Source: Octopus sinensis (Eukaryota). Taken from it: 64,000 bases of DNA. This document shows, in pieces, positions 1 to 12,469 of this stretch. The notes beneath the pieces were generated by a model that made no database searches, had not been told where the DNA came from, and worked only from the letters and a program-made list of their open reading frames with translations. Numbering within the stretch: the stretch's first letter is position 1; each line of letters opens with the position of its first letter. The stretch spans positions 7,130,001 through 7,194,000 of the forward strand of contig NC_043013.1 of NCBI RefSeq assembly GCF_006345805.1, in the 5' to 3' direction. Position numbers and translations under genes: made by a program.

Positions 1-94
1 TTGAAATGCAATAGATCGATTCTAGGGTCAAAATTATGGGTGACAATTTCATATGACACCGCTAGAAAAAACTGCCGTTCAAACCGAAAAGATC

Positions 95-325
95 CGTCGA
101 TTACATTTATGCTCGTACTGAACTAGTACTTTATTAATCGATCCCGAAAGGATGTAAAGGGAAGCTGACACTGGCACGATATAAAAGATGGGTCACATAA
201 ATAATAATAAAAGAAGGGCAGAGTAGACCTCGGAGAAATTTGACCCCAGAGTGTAAAGACGGACAAAATGCTGCAAGCATTTTGCCTGGCGTGCAAAACA
301 ATCCTGCCAGCTCACCACCTTAATA
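95..325 (-). mobile_element. Degenerate Meta-domain-like tRNA SINE fragments (family D)
   Basis: Diverged matches to family D (TCGATCCCGAAAGGATG..., GACCTCGGAGAAATTTGA..., GCATTTTGCCTGGCGTG). Confidence 0.6.
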
Positions 326-544
326 ATAATAATAATAATAATATAATAATAATAATATAATAATAATCATAATAATAATAATAAACACTAAACACTAAAT
401 ACAAAACCAAATACATGGCACACTAGGCATAACAACAACATGAACTTCCAGCCTGTTGTCTCTTGAGGTCTCTGGGTGAGACTTGGAGCCTACTTGTACC
501 AATATATAGCAAAAGTCAAACATAGAATAATAATAATAATAATA

Positions 545-583
<39 letters not shown>

Positions 584-659
584 GTGAAGCTTTGTAAGGA
601 ATTTAAAAGTCTCTTGGCCCACAAGTTAAAAATAAGAATGACCAAAGACACCCAAATAC

Positions 660-845
660 TGATTTAGACCTACCATTGCTTCTCCTGATTTAGAAATTAA
701 CAATCAGAAACACCAGCAAGATCCAAATAGTGACAAACCTATCACTGATGCAAGACACATCAAGCAAAAAGCAAAAAAAGGCTTACATGAATAATATCGA
801 AGACAGCCAGAAACGCAAACCCCTGCATGGAAAATACCCTAACCA
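660..845 (+). pseudogene. Degenerate R4/Dong-like (RLE) LINE ORF fragment
   Basis: AAACCCCTGCATGGAAAATACCCT = KPLHGKYP, a motif I recognise from R4/Dong-type LINE ORFs; the frame is broken. Confidence 0.45.
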
Positions 846-890
846 CCTGTCCAAGGAAAACGTTGTGTTAACAACAAACAAAATGAGGAC

Positions 891-1185
891 AAATATCCGT
901 CAATTGTAAAAACAAATATCCGTCAATTGTAAAAACAAATATCCGTCAATTGTAAAATACACCATCCAAGCGTGGCCGTTCGCCAGCCTCGTTTGGCACC
1001 TGTGTCGGTGGCACATAAAATCACCCACTACACTCTCGGAGTGGTTGGCGTTAGGAAGGGCATCCAGCTGTAGAAACACTGCCAGATCTGACTGGCCTGG
1101 TGCAGCCTTCGGGCTTCCCAGACCCCAGTTGAACCGTCCAACCCATGCTAGCATGGAAAGCGGACGTTAAATGATGATGATGATG
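891..1185 (+). mobile_element. RTE-clade LINE 3' end (family C) preceded by three 23-bp tandem units
   Basis: GGAGTGGTTGGCGTTAGGAAGGGCATCCAGCTGTAGAAAC ... GGACGTTAAA(TGA)n tail; AAATATCCGTCAATTGTAAAAAC x3 at 891-957. Confidence 0.8.
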
Positions 1186-1384
1186 TAAATAATGTAAATA
1201 ATGTACACAATTCCTCATCTCTTAAATATAGAACTGTAGAATGTGGAATATAAAATGAATCTGATAGAAAAGGACATATTCTGGACTTTGTTATCCAATA
1301 TAACCTTCCTTTTTTTTAAGAATATAGGGTGCTGCTGAGGCAGAATTGGTTGCTGCTTCTTGTAGGCTGATTAAGGTTTTATAG

Positions 1385-1414
1385 TGTGTGTATGTGCACA
1401 TGTACACGTGCATA

Positions 1415-1450
<36 letters not shown>

Positions 1451-1700
1451 TGTATGCATGGGTACGTGTGTGTGTGCGTGTGTGCATGCATGTGGGTGTG
1501 TATTTAAGGTTTTGTATTATGTGTATGAGTTTCTATTGTCAGTGTATGTGTGTGCAGGTGTGTATATATGTGTGTGCCTGTGACTGTATAAATATGTGTC
1601 TGTATCAATGTGTGGGAAAGGAAGAGAGACAGACAGACAGACAAACAGGCAGGCAGGTAGGCAGTCAGTCAGACAGACAGACAAGCAGACAGGTGGGGGT
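1385..1700. repeat. (TG)n / (CAGA)n compound microsatellite
   Basis: Read directly from the sequence. Confidence 0.95.
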
Positions 1701-2149
1701 TATGTCTGGTATAAGTCTGCTGTGAATGAGTTAACTTATGATGACAGACATTCCAGCTGTGCCCACTCTGTCTTGAAATTTCAGATAATGTATATTTAAA
1801 GAAAATGATTAGATATGTTCTTTTTTTATGATGATAGGGTTTGATTTGAGGGCAATTTAGCAGCTATTTCTTGTAAAACAAGGTTCTATTCTATTCTCGA
1901 AAAAGTCATTGCTGATGTTCAGCCGAAGGTCAAGACTTCATTAATCAACATGTCCTTCCTTTTTAAAGAAGATAGGGTGTTAATGAGGGTGATTTAACAG
2001 CTATTTCTTGCATACAGGTTGGATTTTAGCCCTAAGTCAGCAGTGTTTGAACAAACATATGATGAAAGACATTCCAGCTGTGACCACTTAGTCTTTATGT
2101 TTCCAACAGGACTACACAAGCAAATGTGTTCTTTCTTTTTTTTTCTCTT

Positions 2150-2505
2150 TTATTCTCTTTTATACTTGTTTCAGTCATTTGACTGCGACCATGCTGGAGC
2201 ACCGCCTTTAGTCGAGCAGATCAACCCCGGGACTTATTCTTTGTAAGCCCAGTACTTATTCTATCGGTCTCTTTTGCCGAACCGCTAAGTGACGCGGAAA
2301 TAAACACACCAGCATCGGTTGTCAAGCAATGCTAGGGGGACAAACACAGACACAGAAATATATACGACAGGCTTCTTTCAGTTTCCGTCTACCAAATCCA
2401 CTCACAAGGCATTGGTCGGCCCGGGGCTATAGCAGAAGACACTTGCCCAAAGTGCCACGCAGTGGGACTGAACCCGGAACCATGTGGTTCATAAGCAAGC
2501 TACTT
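2150..2505 (-). mobile_element. tRNA-derived SINE, family A (CORE-like), head slightly truncated
   Basis: Matches the family A consensus seen in about 20 copies in this window; B box GGTTCAGTCCC, CTTTGGGCAAGTGTCTT segment, tail CAGTCAAATGACTGAAACAAGT. Confidence 0.9.
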
Positions 2506-2747
2506 ATTTTTTTTTTTTTTTCCTTTTTAGAAGCAGGTATGATTTGAGAATATTTTCCAGCTGTTTCAAGCAGGGCAAGGGTCCAGTATTGTTGACTCTC
2601 CCCAAAACCAACCCCAATCCAAGAAAGTTATTATTGATGTTTAGTCCCATGTCAAGCCCCTACCGAGCATATTTGTGACTAAAAGGATTCCTATTATGAC
2701 CATCCCAATCTAGAACTACATTATCTGTTATGTTTGTGTATACTCTT

Positions 2748-2966
2748 TACTCTTTTACTCTCTCTTTTACTTGTTTCAGCCATTTGACTGTGGCCATGCT
2801 GGAGCACCGCCTTTAGTCGAGCAAATTGACCCCAGGACTTATTCTTTGTAAGCCTAGTACTTATTCTATCAGACTCTTTTGCTGAACCGCTAAGTTACGG
2901 GGACGTAAACATCGGTTGACAAGTGATGTTGGGGGGACAAACACAGACACACAAGCATATACACAC

Positions 2967-3016
<50 letters not shown>

Positions 3017-3712
3017 TATGTATGTATATATGTATACATATATATATATATATATATATAAGACATGGGATGAGGTAGTCAAGCATGACCTCAGAGCATT
3101 GGGCCTCACTGAGGCAATGGCGAAGGACCGAGATCTCTGGAGATATGCTGTGACTGCAAAGACCCGGGCTGCTTTCTGCAGCAATTCCACATACCCCCTA
3201 CCCATTCAAAGTACCCCGGATCCCAAAAGTACCCCGGATCCCGTTGCCCCCGTGCCGCTGGCACGTTAAAAGCTCGAACCGATCGTGACCGATGGCGGAC
3301 CCCCCGGCCCCTGTGCAGGTGGCACGTAAAAAGCACCCACTCCACTCACGGAGTGGTTGGCGTTAGGAAGGGCATCCAGCCGTAGAAACTCTGCTAGATC
3401 AGACTGGAGCCTGGAGCGGGCCCTGGCTTCCCAGACCCAGGTCGAACCGTCCAACCCGTGCTAGCGCAGAAAACGGACGTTAAACGATGATGATGATGAT
3501 GATGATGATATATATATATATGTGTGTATATACATACATATATATAACGGGCTTCTTTCAGTTTCCACCTACCAAATCCAATCACAATGCTTTGGCTGGC
3601 CCGACGCTATAGTAGAAGACACTTGCCCAAGGTATCATGCAGTGGGACTGAACCCGGAACCATGTGGTTCGTAAGCAAGCTACTTACCACACAGCCACTC
3701 CTATGCCTATAC
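2748..3712 (-). mobile_element. Family A SINE split at its internal (TA)n by an RTE insertion
   Basis: Tail half at 2748-3060 and head half at 3511-3712 flank an RTE fragment. Confidence 0.85.
3061..3509 (+). mobile_element. 5'-truncated RTE LINE (ORF C-terminus, 3' UTR, (GAT)n tail)
   Basis: KTWDEVVKHDLRALGLTEAMAKDRDLWRYAVTAKTR is a typical RTE ORF C-terminus, followed by the family C 3' UTR and (GAT)n. Confidence 0.9.
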
Positions 3713-4049
3713 GTGCGTGTTTTTTTTCTTTTTTTTCAAAAACAGCAGAATGGAAATTGAAGGATGATTGGAACTTCTATTTTTAGCAGGTTGACTAACC
3801 ACATGGGAGCTCCCTTGTGAGTAAAAACACGAGATACAAAGGAAGGAGGGGCTTTACTGATATCTGATACTGTTTCAGTACATTACAATATTTGTTTCAA
3901 TTTCTGCCATGGTTCATTTATTTTGGGCTCTCAAATTTCCAAGGGCTAATGATATCGGGGTCAAGCCACTTCAGCAGTGGCACACAACGAAGTCTTTTTG
4001 TCTCTTACTGTTGTTTTCTAAATTAACTGGTTCGGTACCTGACTCTCTC

Positions 4050-4277
4050 TTTTTTTTTACTCTTTTACTTGGTTCAGTCATTTGACTGTGGCCATGCTGG
4101 AGCACCACCTTTAGTCGAGCAAACTGACCCCAGGGCTTATTCTTTGTAAGCCTAGTACTTATTATATCGTTTGCTTTTGCCGAACTGCTTAGTTACAGGG
4201 ACGTAAACACACCAGCATCGGTTGTCAAACGATGTTGGGGGGACAAACACAGATGCACAAACATATACACACATGCA

Positions 4278-4316
<39 letters not shown>

Positions 4317-4470
4317 ACGACGGGCTTCTTTCAGTTTCCGTCTACCAAATCCACTCACAAGGCTTTGGTTGGCCCGAGGCTATAGTAGAAGACACTTGCC
4401 CAAGGTGCCACGCAGTGGGACTGAACCGGGAACAAAGTGGCTGGTAAGCAAGCTACTTACCATACAGCCT
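4050..4470 (-). mobile_element. Family A SINE
   Basis: Near full-length match with internal (TA)n. Confidence 0.9.
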
Positions 4471-4760
4471 ATTGAAATTTTGCAGAGAAAAGTATCACCC
4501 CAGAAAGACCCTTTTTGTTGAATCAAACACAGTTCATTTTTTATATTCTACTTGTTTGCAATCATTGGATTGCAGCCATGATGGAGCACCTCATTGAAGG
4601 GTCAGCCAAACAAACTGACCCCAGTATTTATTTTTGAGCATGATAACTTGTTTCTTTTTGCTAAACCGCTTAGTTATGAGGAATTAAACAAATCGACTCT
4701 AATTGACAAGCGATGGTGGGCTGACAAACACAAACATAATGACACACACATTGATCTATA

Positions 4761-5548
4761 TTGGTTCATCCCATAAATAATGCAGTTTTTTCAATTGCAT
4801 AAACAAAAAGCCAGAGGTGGGCAGAATAAACTAACTGCATCAGCTTGCTATAAAAGCAAGTAGTAATTTTACCTTGTACTTATTCTTAGTGCAAATTTTG
4901 AAGAGTGCAGTTCGATTTTAACAGTTATTTTTCCAAAGCTATAACAGAAGTGACAAAGGAGCATACTCAACATATTTTGCTTTACGAGTTCAATAAAGGC
5001 AACAATGCAACAGAAAGTGTGAGGAATATTAATGCAGTATATGGGGATCGGACAATAAGTGTAAGCCAGTGTCACTGGTGGTTCCAGAATTTCCGAGCCG
5101 GAAACTACAGCCTAGAAGACGAGCCTCATCCTGGAAGATCTGTAGAGCTTGACAAGGACATCCTGCAAACCCTGGTGGAATAAAATCCCATTGTAACTGT
5201 TGAGGAACTAGCAGAGAAGCCTGGATTTGGTCATTCAACCATTCATCAACACCTGTGTACCATCAGAAAAGTCAGCAAATTGGGTCAATGGGTTCTTCAC
5301 AAACTTTTCAAGTGTAACTATATGCAGAGAGTGGATGTATGCTCTTCTTTGCTGTCACATCTCATAAATGAACCTTTTTTGGACTAAATAGTGACTGGTG
5401 ATGAGAAATGGATTCTCTATAAAAATGTCAAGCATCGAAGAAAGTGGGCAGGGAAATGAGAAACACCAGCACCTCATGCTAAAGAAGGTCTTTACCTATG
5501 TAAGGTGTTGTTATCTGTTTGGCAGGATATGAAAGGTTTAGTCCACTT
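4761..5548 (+). mobile_element. Mariner (Tc1/mariner) relic with 5' TIR and N-terminal transposase pseudogene
   Basis: TA + TIR TTGGTTCATCCCATAAATAATGCAG; peptide EHTQHILLYEFNKGNNATESVRNINAVYG...LEDEPHPGR...LGQWVLH...IVTGDEKWILY with stops. Confidence 0.92.
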
Positions 5549-6079
5549 TAGTCCACTATCTATCTAGCCATGCTTGTATAGATGCATATTGTGGGCTCTA
5601 TCCCAGTTTTCTTCTTGAAAATTCATCCACAAGTCAACAATGAAGATAGTTGCCTTAATTGGCATGGAGTGGGATCAAAGTCAGGGCAATATGCTAGTAA
5701 AGTAAACTTCTAGCTAATCACACCACCTTCACCTATGCACAGTGCTGGATTAACCATGAAGCAAAGTAACCCCATGCTTAGGTCATCATGGAAAAGGGGA
5801 GACCACAGAAATAGTAAATGGTTTACAGCACAAAAGAAATCACTTTAAACTTGATAGAATAGCATTCAGGATGCTTTATTTCTGCTAAGCATGGAAGCAG
5901 ATGTGTTACATAAGATTAATTTTGAGGATCTGATCAAAGACATTGCAATTAAGAAACAGGAGAAAACTTTTTAAATATAAATAAAGTGGAAGTATACAAA
6001 AATAAACATTATTTTCCAGCTTATTGTTTGGTTTTGTTTCATTTTGACAAATAAAAATATATTTTATGGTTTACTATTT

Positions 6080-6500
6080 AGGAGTGGCTGTGTGGTAAGT
6101 AGCTTGCTAACCAGCCACATGGTTCCGGGTTCAGTCCCACTGCATGGCACCTTGGGCAAGTGTCTTCTACTATAGCCTCGGGCCAACCAAAGCCTTGTGG
6201 GTGGATTTGGTAGACGGAAACTGAAAGAAACATGTCATATATATGTATATATATACATGTGTGTGTGTGTGTGTGTATATATATGTTTGTGTGTCTGTGT
6301 TTGTCCCCACAACATCGCTTGACAACCGAGGATGGTGTGTTTAAGTCCCCATAACTTAGCGGTTCGACAAAAGAGACCGATAGAATAAGTACTAGGCTTA
6401 CAAAGAATAAGTCCTGGGGTCGATTTGCTCGACTAAAGGTGGTGCTCCAGCATGGCCACAGTCAAATGACAGAAACAATTAAAGAGAAAGAGAGTAAGAG
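6080..6500 (+). mobile_element. Family A SINE (full length) inside the hAT element
   Basis: A box TGGCTGTGTGGT, B box GGTTCAGTCCC, complete tail. Confidence 0.92.
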
Positions 6501-6572
6501 TATATTTTGAATTACATATATATGGGAGCGCCAAAATCTTTTTAAGTGCTTAGGGCCTCTATGGGTCTTAAT

Positions 6573-6730
6573 TAGGGGTGGATTGAACCATTGGTCAATC
6601 GAGCACTACCTGAGGGCCTGGAGATCTGAAGGGCCCGCACTCTACATGTTAACTCTACTTTGATGTCAATGTTAAGGGGCCCAGTAAACAGTTATGCCCA
6701 AGAGCCCTTAATACTCTCAGTGAGTCCCTG
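6573..6730. mobile_element. Small hAT-type MITE inserted into the host's right terminus
   Basis: Perfect 8-bp TSD GTCTTAAT (6565-6572, 6731-6738); ends TAGGGG.../...CCCTG. Confidence 0.75.
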
Positions 6731-6789
6731 GTCTTAATCCAGCTCTGCCTATACATTTCAATGTAGCCAGTCAGATCTTTGGTTACTGC

Positions 6790-6878
6790 TCCACCACCAC
6801 CACCACCACCACCACCACCACCACTACCACCACCACTACCACCACCACTACACCACCACTACACCACCACTACCACCA
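6790..6878. repeat. (ACC)n/(ACT) trinucleotide repeat
   Basis: Read directly from the sequence. Confidence 0.95.
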
Positions 6879-7069
6879 TTTCTTTATCAAACCTAAGAAA
6901 TACAAAATTTGAAGACAAAAAAGTACATTAGACACTACTTCAAAAATGCTAATCTCCGTCCACCTCCCGTCCCTCTCCATGCACCACCGCCACCACAACC
7001 CTCACCCATACCACTCCAGTTGTTTCTCTTTTTACATAACTTCACTTTCTGTCGGAAGACAGATATGAA

Positions 7070-7515
7070 GTCCTCTCTCTCCCTCTTCCCCTTTCTCTCT
7101 CTTCCTCTCCCTCTTTCTCTCGCTCCCTCTCCCCCTTTCTTTCTCTCCCTCTCCCTCTTTTTCTATCCCTCTCCCTCTTCCTCTCTCTCTCCCTCTCCCA
7201 CTTTCTCTCGCTCCCTCTCTCTCTCCCTCTCCCACTTTCTCTCGCTCCCTCTCCCTCTCCCTCTTTCTCTCCCTCTTCCTCTCTCTCTCCCCCTCTTTCG
7301 CTCTCTTTCTCTTTCTCTCTCTCCTCATGATCAGTCTTTCCTTCACTCTCTTTCTCTCTCTCCCTCCCCTTTTTTCTGTTCTCTCTCCCTCTCTCGCTCT
7401 CTTTCTCTCTCTCTCACACACGCTTTCTCTTATTCTCTTTCCTACTCTCTCCTTCTCCCCCTCTCTCTCTTCCTCCCTTTCATTCTGTCTCTGTATCACA
7501 AGCTCTCCTTTTCTC
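7070..7515. repeat. CT-rich polypyrimidine/polypurine tract
   Basis: About 440 bp of almost exclusively C/T on the + strand. Confidence 0.95.
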
Positions 7516-7854
7516 TTTGTGTCACGATTCCAACCCATTTATAATTTTTATTCTTTTATTATCAATATCGTTATCTCTCACTCTCTTTTGTCCTTTCTTT
7601 CCTTTCTTTTATTCGAACGAATACGCGCGCGCGCGGACACACACACACACACGCGCGCACGCGCATATGCAAACAAACGATCAAAAGCAAAAAATGAAAA
7701 GAGAAAACAATCCATCGGTTGGGGGAGTCACGTACACAAAACACACTTCACACACAAAAAAATCCATCTCTGAATGTAACACATGTACTTTCCTATTTCC
7801 AAACGTACCTATAATCCACATACGTACTCTCTCGCACACGTGCTGTCTTGCATA

Positions 7855-8110
7855 CTTACACACACACACACACACACACACACACGCGCACACACACACA
7901 CAGACACACACACACACACACACGCGCGCACACACACACACAGACACACACACACACTCACACACACACTCTCACACACACACACTCTCACACACATACG
8001 CACACACACACACACTCACACACACACACACTCTCACACACACACACACACACGCACACACACACACACACACTCACACACACACTCACACACACACACA
8101 CACACACACA
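7855..8110. repeat. Compound (CA)n microsatellite
   Basis: Read directly from the sequence. Confidence 0.95.
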
Positions 8111-8177
8111 AATCACCCTAATACAAGTAATGCATCCAATGAAAAATTACAATTACACATACACACACATGTATTAA

Positions 8178-8582
8178 TATACTCTTTTACTCTTTTACTT
8201 GTTTCAGTCATTTGACTGTGGCCATGCTGGAGCACCGCCATTAGTCGAGCAAATCGACCCCCAGGACTTATTCTTATGTAAGCCTAGTACTTATTCTATC
8301 GGCCTCTTTTTGCCGAACCGCTAAGTGACGGGGACGTAAACACACCAGCATCGGTTGCCAAGTGATGTTGGGGGACAAAGACATACAAACATATACACAC
8401 ACATATATACATATAAACGACGGACTTCTTTAAGTTTCCGTCTACCAAATCCATTCACAAGGCTTTGATCGGCCTGGGGCTATCGTAGAAGACACTTGCA
8501 CAAGGTCCCACGCAGTACGACTGAACCCGGAACCATGTTGTTGGTAAGCAAGCTACTTTACCACACAGCCACTCCTACGCCT
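8178..8582 (-). mobile_element. Family A SINE
   Basis: Full-length match. Confidence 0.9.
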
Positions 8583-9211
8583 ATATATATACACACACAA
8601 ATATACACACACACACACACACAATACACACACACACACACACATACACAAATCACACGCTAATATGAGTAATGCATCCAATGAAAATCACAATTACACA
8701 CACACGCACGCACACGCCATTACTTTGACCAATGAGAGGCCCTTTACGTCAACCATGAGCAAACTGCGGTCCACGGTATTTTTTAAATGGCTCACCCTGC
8801 GAAAAATTACCTTGAATGTTTTAACGTTCTTTTGGTAATGTGATCTGCCTGATGATGAACCAAGTTTCATGCGGCCCACTTCCCGAAAAAAAAAGGTTGC
8901 CTGTACCTGTTCTACGTAGTCGGTCGACCTGCTAGAAATGGTAGTCAAATCACCCTCAAATTACACACTATAGACTTAAAAAAAAAAATTGCAGTATATA
9001 CACCGCATCTAAAATTCCATTGTGTTTGAAATTAAGACGGAATGGTCGTGGCTAGAATGCTTTTGATCAGAGTTCTGCTTGTTCGGGGTCAAACTCAATT
9101 TAAATATGTTTTGCTACAAACTAATGAAGGAGTCATTGCATTGTCGCTAAAAATAGCAGCCAAACCTCTCAAATCACACCCGTTTAAAGAAAGGAAGAGT
9201 ACGTTAGATAA

Positions 9212-9613
9212 TACTCTTTTACTTGTTTCAGTCATTTGACTGTGGCCATGCTGGAGCACCGCCTTTAGTCGAGCAAATCGACCCCAGGACTTATTCTTTG
9301 TAAGCCTGGTACTTATTCTATCGGTTCCTTTTTGCCGAACCGCTAAGTTACGGGGTCGTAAACACACCAGCATCGGTTGTCAAGCGATATTGGGGAGACA
9401 AACAGACACACAAACATATACACACATACATATATATATATATACATATATACGACGGGCTTCTTTCAGTTTCCGTCTACCAAATCCACTCACAAGACTT
9501 TGGTTGGCTCGAAGCTATAGTAGAAGGCACTTGCCCAAGGCTTCAGGCAGTGGAACTGAACCCGGAACCATGTGGTTGGTAAGCAAGCTACTTACCACAC
9601 ATCCACTCCTAGG
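9212..9613 (-). mobile_element. Family A SINE
   Basis: Full-length match. Confidence 0.9.
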
Positions 9614-10530
9614 CCTAAATGTATAAATTTTTTATTTACTAAATCTAAATGCAAGACGGGATAGTCTTAGCTGGAACGCCCTTCATCACGCCAATGAGAG
9701 AGTTTCTGTTCGTCGCTTGGGGTGCTAAAAGTAGCTGCTAAATCTCTCTCAAGTCTCCGGAAAGAAGAATTCATCAGCCCGATGTTCATTATGCCGGAGA
9801 AAAAGACGAGATGGTCAAGGTTGGCATGTACATTAGGCGAGCATGAACGATTAACTCGACAAGAACAAATGTATAATATACTTTTATTACGCTATTGTCA
9901 CAAATGGCGTTGCACGTTTCGTTAAATGCTACTATGGCAGCTGGTGAGTTGGTGAAAGAAAATGTATCTCTCTGACTGCATGAAGAAGTAACTAACAACC
10001 CCCGCAAACAGTTGACAGAAGATGGAACGTTTCTGATTCGCTGCCACTTTTCAATTTCTGTCCCAATAGTTTTCATATTAGGTGTAATGATGTAGTTTTG
10101 CACGCTAATCATTGACATGAAATTCATGTTCGCCATAAATCAATAAGACAAATTCATACCTTATTCCATAGTAACAAGACACATTCAGGCCTGTTTCCAT
10201 AGTAACAAGTCCAGCTGTTACCAACCTGCGACTTACGCGGTCATTTTTCGCTTACTAAATGGCGGTTGTGAAATTTGCTAAAACTAATAGCTTAATAGGC
10301 CTTAAATCACGCACCATCTTTTTTTTTTTTTTTTTGTGGCGTGGGGTTGCATTATTGTATATGTGAATGTTGTGTGAATGTTTAGTTCAGTTTGTCCAAG
10401 AGCCTGGAGATGTCTGCGCAAATGTCTCTGGCAAGGGTGGAGGCACATTCCGCTCAACCGCCTTCAGCATTCTGCTAGGCAAAAAGTGAGATGCGTGAAT
10501 GAATAGGCCGGTCTCAACATACCACGGCAC

Positions 10531-10770
10531 ATATGAGAAGAAAAAGACTTCATAATATTGAAACAGTTCCTGGACGAATTTCTCCATCAAATTCTAAATA
10601 AACCACCTACACCTGGATATATATCTGTAAACAATAATTTATAATTCGAATGGAATATGATGACCAATGTATGACTGGAATATAAAACAGGAGTAAATGT
10701 TTTTTCCAAGTGGTGCTATTAAGTGAATCAGGGCCTGAGCTAATTCTGGTCGAAACGGTGAGCCTGTAAA
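10531..10770 (+). pseudogene. CR1/L2-group LINE C-terminal fragment and 3' UTR
   Basis: LKQFLDEFLHQILNKPPTPGYISVNNN resembles the LDxFL..IPDxPxxPGY C-terminus of CR1/L2/Jockey-group ORF2. Confidence 0.6.
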
Positions 10771-10781
10771 GGGGTCATAGG

Positions 10782-11329
10782 TAGTGGCGTAGCCAATAGG
10801 GGAGCAAGCGGAGCGACCACTTTCCTGAGCACCTTTTTCAAAATTGGCGCCTTTTCAACAATTCTTTCTTTAACTCTTTGGTTCACTTATGCGATAAAAT
10901 CAAAATTTGAATTTTTGAAATGTTTTTTTTTTTAATCGCATGGCTTTGGAAGAACTCTATAGAGTCATTGCCTTATTTGGCCAATCTCCCATGTTTTTTT
11001 TTAATATCTGCTCAATCTCCTGTGATGTGTTGCTGGCCGCTGACATCTGAAGAATTCCAAAACAAACCCTGACGTCATAACTCTTTGACACGGAACGATC
11101 TCGCAGAGTTTCATCTTTTCCATGTCACATCTATATCAGTAGTGGCAAGTTCCATACACAATGACATTGTTTCTTAAACATGAAATTAATGAATGCATAG
11201 AATACAATTATGTATATCATAGTCAGTGAAATATTTTACCTAATATAAGAGGAATCGGTAAAACAATTTGTTTCCTGTGCGTCACAGCGCCATTTTTTTT
11301 TATGTGCTTAGGATCTGGCTACGCCCCTA
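10782..11329. mobile_element. hAT-like MITE
   Basis: TIR TAG(T/G)GGCGTAGCCA at both ends; degenerate 8-bp flanks (GTCATAGG/GGCACGGG). Confidence 0.6.
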
Positions 11330-11474
11330 GGCACGGGCACTCATTCTGAATCAGCAAGTAAAAAAAATCTAAAGAAACTAAGTAATCTTCTTTTCATCCA
11401 GATCAACAATCTTATATCGTCTGCAATTCAAAGAGACACTTCAAAGGTTACCTTCGAAAGGGCCAGTCATTCTT

Positions 11475-11877
11475 TTTTTACTTGTTTCAGTCATTTGACT
11501 GCGGCCATGCTGCAGCACCGCCTTTAGTCGAGCAAGTCGACCCCGGGACTTATTCTTTTGTAAGCCCAGTACTTATTCTATCGGTCTCTTTTGCCGAACC
11601 GCTAAGTTACGGGGACGTAAACACACTAGCATTGGTTGTCAAGCAATGCTAGGGAGACAAACACAGACACACAAACATATACACACACACTTATATATAT
11701 ATACATATATACGACAGGCTTCTTTCAGTTTCTGTCTACCAAATCCACTCACAAGGCATTTTTCGGCCCGGGGCTATAGCAGAAGACACTTGCCCAAGAT
11801 GCCATGCAGTGGGACTGAACCCGGAACCATGTGGTTGGTTAGCAAGCTACTTACCACACAGCCACTCCTGCGCCTAT
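11475..11877 (-). mobile_element. Family A SINE
   Basis: Full-length match. Confidence 0.92.
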
Positions 11878-12089
11878 GTCAGTCCTTTTTTCAATATCTT
11901 TCGTTAGTCTTTTTACGTGTTTCAGTCATTGGACTGTAACCATGCTTGGACACCATTTTGAACCGACCCCGGGACTAATTTTTTTTAAAGCCTAGCTTAA
12001 GTTTATTTTGTCGGTTTCTTTTGCCGAACCGCTACCTTACGAAGGTCGTAAAAAAGTTTCCGATTGTTAAGCAGTAATGGGAAACAAAC

Positions 12090-12465
12090 ACCAACACACA
12101 TATAAATACGTACGTACACACTCACACACACATGCATATGCACATACGTATGTACATATACACACGCGCGCACATGCGCATACGTAGTACACACATGCAT
12201 ATACACATACCTACGTACACACACACATACGTACGTACATACACACATGCGCATACGTACGTACACACACATGCATATACATATATGTACACACACACAC
12301 ACATACACATACGTACGTAATACACACACGCGTGCACATGCGCATACGTACGTACGCACACACACCCATGCACATACGTACGTACACACGCACGCGCGTG
12401 CACATACACCAACGTACGTACACACACACACGTTCACATACATATACACATAAGTACGTACACAT
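12090..12465. repeat. Complex CA/TACG microsatellite
   Basis: Mixed (CA)n and TACGTACG units following a degenerate family A tail. Confidence 0.9.
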
Positions 12466-12469
12466 AGGC

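Larger units (their letters stand above)
5740..6747 (+). mobile_element. Non-autonomous hAT element with nested SINE and nested MITE
   Basis: TIR CAG(T/A)GCTGGATTAA at both ends; 8-bp TSD CCTATGCA/CCTATACA; internal LLSMEADVLHKINFEDLIKDIAIKK resembles the hAT C-terminal dimerisation region. Confidence 0.85.

Noticed and set aside
6909-8215. Long ORFs (168-232 aa) rich in LS/ER/HT/CV
   Set aside because: Translations of CT and CA microsatellites, which lack stop codons.
9720-10140. Non-repetitive-looking ORFs (67 and 115 aa)
   Set aside because: No recognisable motif or splice framework; cannot be assigned without a search.
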